Positions 58,948 through 64,000 of a stretch of DNA of 64,000 nt are shown piece by piece. Source of the DNA: Camelus dromedarius. Lineage: Eukaryota. Within the stretch, counting starts at the first letter, position 1. Each line of letters opens with the position of its first letter. The position numbers and the translations under genes are program-made. Where the stretch lies: the NCBI RefSeq assembly GCF_036321535.1, contig NC_087459.1:29512001-29576000 (forward strand), read 5' to 3'. Under the pieces are notes generated by a model, which searched no databases, was not told where the DNA came from, and saw only the letters and a list, made by a program, of their open reading frames with translations.

Positions 58948-61900
58948 CTGCAGAACGGCAGAAAGAACACAGATCGTCACTGAGATCCGTCCATTCTGGC
59001 GTCTTCCCCGTGACACCCCACTCCTCCCCCTCCTCCCTGGCTGAGGGGCAGCCGACACCCAAATCTGGCCCCCACCTCTGAGAAATGCTCTCCCCGACTC
59101 CCGCCTCTGGCCAGCAACTCTCCAGGACAGGGCTCCCCCTGCTGGCTCTTTCAGGCCCTTGCTCCCTTGTCCCCATGGCCCCAGCCCACAGGCTCTGGGC
59201 ACACTCCTGTTCTCAGGACACATGTGTGCTTATTATCATGTGTGACACTGGCCCGTGCTGACCAGGGCCATCTGTGCACATGGCCGGCCCTTCATTCTCG
59301 ATGCCCTCATGATGGGCACTCCTATGTTATTGTAAACCACACGCAGCCAGCCTGGCGCACAACACTGCAGGGGCTCAAAGGTGGACGGATCAGAGGAAAG
59401 GGCACTGAGACGTCTAGCTCACACACGTAGAAGGAGAGAAAAGGACTGGGCAGGAGGGATCAAAGAATAAAGAGTGGAGCTGTAACTGCCCAGGTGGAGC
59501 TATCACACAGGTGCGCAAAGCCCAGGACCTAAAAGCAGGTGAAGGTAAAAAGGGTGTGGGAGAGACTCCCAGGGGGAGAAAAAAACATCATGGTTTTGCA
59601 AGGCAGTGGCAAAATTCTGCAAATGGTTAACTTTTGGAGGATCCATTCACAGCTGCACACAGGAGCCAGGCTCTCTGACCCCTGTGCCCCTCCTTGGTTC
59701 CCTACCTCACCCACCCACCATCTGCCTAATCCCGAAGCCAGGGTGCAGAGTCCTCCGGGACTTGTCCCTCACTGTCACAGTGCCCTTCCATTCAGCCCCC
59801 AAACCTCTCCAGTCCAGAACTTCCTGGCCATGCCCCCCAGCACAGCTGGAGGTCACATCTGTGTCCTTTGTTCATGGAAGCCCACGGTGGCCCAGGCTGC
59901 CCGCACCTCACAGTCTGGTGCTTCCTGTGTGGGCTCTAGAAAGGCCTGTCTGTCTGCGGGCACAGCCCGGCTCCCGCACCCTGACCGCGCCCTGGCTCCT
60001 TTCTAGCTCCAGCTGGGGCTTCAGCAGGCCCCACCACTGCCCGAACGGCTGGTCTGCACGTACTGCCTTCACAGCCCTGGTACAGTCTCCCCTGCGTTTC
60101 CCCGACTCCTCAATGTGAGACAGAGCACTGGCTTCTCCTCTGGAACCACACCCCGGCCCCCGCCCCAACCCGCTCTTCCACCAGAGAGGCCCCTCAGGGC
60201 TCCTTTCCCTCAGTGTCCTCAATGGCCACACCGTGCCTGGCACCTGGCAGGCAGTCAGGGAATGTTTAACCTATGCAGTAAACTAGACTGGTACCCAATA
60301 CGGGGCCTGCTACAAAAACAGCACCCCACTGTTCTCCAGTGAGGAAATGGACCACCAGCGGGTGTGTTCCATCTCACTGAGAGAGTGTGCTTTTCTCCTG
60401 CTAATAATGTTCAGATTTTAAGGAGAAATGCAGCCGAATGCACTGCACTTGTGCTGTGCGCTGGATCTGACCGGTCGTTCCAAGAAATGAGAAAGTCTTC
60501 TCCCAGGAAGAGTTTTAATACAAACCAGATTTGTTCTGAAAGGTAGAAAATACCTTGAAATCCCAAATTGTCATGGCTCCGTCGATGCCAGTAGTGCAAA
60601 ATTTGCGACAATCTTGCTTGTCCACCTCATAAATAGACACTTGACTGAAAAGAAGCAAAAACGAGAGATTGTAAGATATGTGGTGGAAGCGAGCTCCAAC
60701 CTTCCTAAAAGCATAAAAGCATCTTAAGGAAAGAGCAGCCTATCACCTCCTGAATAAGCTGTCCATCCTCCACATGAGTCTGCAGCAATCTGACTCAGGA
60801 AATGCATGCACTGTACTACCAGATGTCCAGAAAAGACAAGACTAAAAAGAGGGAAAAGTTAAGAACCAGCACTAATTAGAGTGACATGGAGAAGCAGGAC
60901 CATCCAGGCCACACAGCACGCACCCTGGGGAGCAGGGAGCCAGCCCAACCACAGCTATGACTGAAATGGAAACAATTTTTGAAAAACACTAGAGGCAGGA
61001 TGAAGCATGTCTGAAATCCAACTGGCTCCAAAGACTCCCAAATCACCTGCCAAGACAGCCAGGGCACATAAGCCAAGAGGTCTCCTTGCATTTGAAACTA
61101 ATTATTGTAAATATTGGCAATATTCAGACACACCGCAAAATTCTAACCACGCAAAGCAGAAGGGCAGATTAATAAAACAACTTGGCTTCGCCACGTTATC
61201 TGAAACTCTTTCAAGAAAATCAATTCCGTAGCTCAGGCACTGTTTGTCTTTCTCCTCTGAAGTGTCTAGAACATTCCCGCTAAAGAAGGGATGGCACACA
61301 CCACCTGTTTCTGTACTGCCTATGAGCTAAAGAATGGCTTTTACAATTTTAAGTGGTTGGAAAAAATTTAAAAGACTATTATTTCATGATGGGAAAGTGA
61401 TATGAAATTCACATTTCCATGTCCATAAAGTTTCACTGAAGCCTACCTGGGCTCGTTCGTCTCTGGACTGCCCGCGCAGCCCGCAGGCCACACCGTGGGG
61501 TGAGGGACCAGGACAGGGACTGGGTAGCCCCTCAGAGCCTAAAACACTCATTCTCTGGTTCCTTACAGGAGAAGTTTGCTGACCCTGTTCCAGGGCAGAG
61601 AGGACTTAATATCTGCCAATAAAAGTAGTCACGTCAACCTGCAAGAGTCTGTCTTTTTATTTTTAACCTAAAAACCTCAAAAAGGCGATGAGAGTGGTTT
61701 CCTTCCAGAAGCACAGTCTGTGGAAACGCTTAAGAGAAATTCACAGAAAATAATTCTGAAAATCATTCAAGACAGAGAAACTTGAAAAGTATGGAGAAAA
61801 GTTCTTCCATGCCTTCTCGTGATTACTTTTCAATAAAGCACAGACATTTCCAGCCTATTTTCAGCCCAGTGGCCTCTCCCACAAGCATGAGGAAAAGCAT

Positions 61901-63258
61901 GGCCTGCAGTTAGTAATTCTAAGTCTGGAGGTTTCCACTAGTCTTCCTGTGATCATCACCTCAGTGTAAGCCTCTCAACACAAAAGGTCTAGTCAAAGAA
62001 AAAATCCTATGGTATCCAACTCTGAACACAATAATTTAAAATATCAAGAATACGCTGCATTTCTCCTCAAAATTGAAAAAAAAAATCAAGCTTTTGGGAT
62101 GAAACACAATTCTACGGTCATATTTAATCACATGTGCCTGATGAACAGTCAAGAAGCTCTTCAGCTTTGTCCCAGTGATGCTGTCTCCCTAATTAAATCA
62201 CCTTCCTCTCTTGTCCGTGGTACTTGAAATCCATGGTTGAGACAGCTAGAATTACCCTTTCCAATAGGATATAACTAGTCTTCCCGCTGAGTGTTCACTA
62301 CCAGAGGAACATGACACTCAGGAAAGTCTCCTTTCATCCTCAATCAAGTTTCTGAGAAAGCAAGACACAGGAAGAGACTGCCTGACGGGCGCTCAAGCCT
62401 TCAGTAGAGCGCGCCCTCTGCTCGTGGGTGGCTGGTGCCGTCCAACCCTCCAGGGACAGCACGACTATGTGGGGGCGGCTCACTCTCTGTGACAAGTTGA
62501 AAATAAAAGCCTGCAGTCAGGAAGCTGCAGACTTCTCACCACTCTTGTTCCTGAAGGGATGTCTGGGCCCAAAGTACACAGAATTTTCATGGGTACCCAG
62601 TCAGGAAACAAAGAGGGAGGAAAGGCATTTGGTCACCCGATCACCTGTGCACAGAGGTCAGCGCTTTGGCGACAGGGGGTGCCCAGGGGGCTGGGGGCCG
62701 GCAGCACCCATGTGATGTACAGAGGTCAGGGCCGTGGCGACAGGGGGCACCCGGGGGGGTGGGAAGTGGGGGGCCGGCGGCACCCACGTGATGCTGTTCT
62801 GGTGCAGCGTCTCCAAGGCTGTGTTGCGGTCCTCAGTCGTGGCCCTCTTGTCCATGTTGCGGAAGCGTTCCATGGCGGACATGTTGCGCTGGATGCTCTG
62901 TTTTGGAATGTCTAGCTTGGAGACGAAGGTCAAGCAGCCACGGTCATCGTAGTTAAAGAGCATTGGACAGCAGTCGTGGCCCTGAAACAAGGCACCAGTC
63001 AGGCCCTGCAGGGTACGCCGCCCACCAACCAAGCCCGCAGTGGAACAGGCGCCCCTCGAGCTGTCTCTTCTCCAGGGCGGTGCTGCTTTGTGCTCGTGCA
63101 CACAGCCACAGAGCTCGCACTGCTCCTGTTCTGGAGAATTAGATACAGGGCACCATGAGGAAAAATGAAGAGAAACACTTACAGCAGCCACGATGCTATT
63201 CTCCGAGACGAACGATACACTCAGGAGGGGCAGGAACTCTGTTTTTAGAGTCGAGACC
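58909..63258 (-). CDS. ARPC1A: ARPC1A, Arp2/3 complex subunit 1A, 3' part only (last four coding exons); gene continues beyond the window end
   Basis: join(63183-63258,62788-62981,60554-60644,58909-58947) = VSTLKTEFLPLLSVSFVSENSIVAA GHDCCPMLFNYDDRG...QNSIT QVSIYEVDKQDCRKFCTTGIDGAMTIWDFK TLESSIQGLRIM*; same intron phases as ARPC1B. Confidence 0.97.
60554..60644 (-). CDS. ARPC1A: ARPC1A exon 9
   Basis: QVSIYEVDKQDCRKFCTTGIDGAMTIWDFK|gtattt, 91 nt. Confidence 0.95.
61285..61588 (+). mobile_element. MER58B-like hAT-Charlie relic
   Basis: GAGCTAAGAATGGCTTTTACA..TATGAAATTC..GCCTAAAA..AAGTTTGCTGACCCTG resembles MER58B. Confidence 0.7.
62651..62793. repeat. Diverged tandem duplication (67 + 75 nt) spanning the ARPC1A exon 8 donor
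   Basis: ACAGAGGTCAG..TGGCGACAGGGGG..GGGGGCCGGC(A/G)GCACCCA(T/C)GTGATG occurs twice. Confidence 0.85.
62788..62981 (-). CDS. ARPC1A: ARPC1A exon 8
   Basis: GHDCCPMLFNYDDRGCLTFVSKLDIPKQ...LHQNSI(T)|gtgggt, 194 nt. Confidence 0.95.
63183..63258 (-). CDS. ARPC1A: ARPC1A exon 7
   Basis: VSTLKTEFLPLLSVSFVSENSIVAA|gtaagt, 76 nt. Confidence 0.95.
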
Positions 63259-64000
63259 CTGAACACAAGAACACTTGTTAACCTGAGATGGAACGGACCA
63301 CGTGGATTCTTCAGACACAGCAGATGACAAAGGACCCATTCTCACAGGGGCTTCAGGAATATAAACAGACACTTATGTTCAAAGGAGCCCTGTGACCCAG
63401 ACTTTCAGGAATCTCAAGCATGAGACAGCCCTGAGTAACCTGCAGAAGTGAGGCCTTCAGCGCTTTCCGGCCTGTGCTCCACAAACTGCTCGACAGCGTG
63501 GTCCTGGCGAGTGCTGGTCCCCTGCTGTCCCGGTCTTCGGTCCCCTGCCCTTTACCCACGCACCCTTGGGCTCCTCCTGCTTATCCAAAGCCCACCCCTG
63601 TCTGTGGAGCTCAGCGCGAGTTTCATCCCCCCCGGAAGCTTTCTGGACCACTTCTGCCTGAAGTGGCTTCTCCTTTCTCTGACCTCCTAGAGCTGACTGT
63701 CATGGTCACTCAGGACTGAACGCCCTTCTCTGCTCTCCTCCCCTCACTGTGCTCTCATGGGCTCCTACAGGGCTGGGACCACGAACATTTACAAGAGGCT
63801 GGTCTCTGTGCCCTACCAGGCACAGGGGCAGGGGCTATGGCCAGCGATGAACCCAACACAGTGTCGGCCAGCCAGGCGTTCACAGAGGAATGGGCTGTGT
63901 GTGTGTGTGCTATGCACACACGTACACCTCACAGTCATCTGCTTCACACCTGGCCAAGGTCACACAGACATGGCAGGCAAACACATTGGTTGATGAATTA

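Noticed and set aside
58909-63258. ARPC1A exons as an ARPC1B pseudogene or assembly duplicate
   Set aside because: Frames and splice sites are intact and the peptides are diagnostic of ARPC1A (GHDCCPMLFNYDDRG, TLESSIQGLRIM); this is the known tandem paralog.

Overview
Mammalian (eukaryotic, intron-containing) DNA, most likely from a camelid: four tRNA-Ala-derived SINEs resemble the camelid Vic-1 family, and I saw no ruminant Bov/CHR, pig PRE-1 or primate Alu elements. The window is the conserved cluster syntenic to human 7q22.1, in reverse orientation: CPSF4 (-; exons 2-8 visible, start codon and most of exon 7 hidden in N gaps), PTCD1 (+, 708 aa), BUD31 (-, 144 aa), PDAP1 (+, 182 aa), ARPC1B (-, 372 aa) and the last four exons of ARPC1A (-). 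All visible exons were traced by hand with GT-AG boundaries and consistent phases. CPSF4/PTCD1 and BUD31/PDAP1 share CpG-island bidirectional promoters. Introns carry old MIR, L2, L1, MER and MLT1 fragments. I found no new protein-coding system, CRISPR array or true RNA gene; the long ORFs in the track are exon flanks or GC-rich chance ORFs. The unexplained signals are at the RNA-processing level: (i) a diverged, collinear copy of PDAP1 3'UTR sequence in its last intron, both copies keeping a miR-181 seed match; (ii) three local duplications that copy 5' splice sites (CPSF4, BUD31, ARPC1A), one of which predicts a CPSF4 poison isoform; (iii) no canonical poly(A) signal for PTCD1 until a young SINE tail inside BUD31; (iv) frame logic of possible read-throughs (ARPC1A-ARPC1B in frame, ATP5MF-PTCD1 probably out of frame). 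These are hypotheses; comparisons with human come from recollection and are flagged as such.
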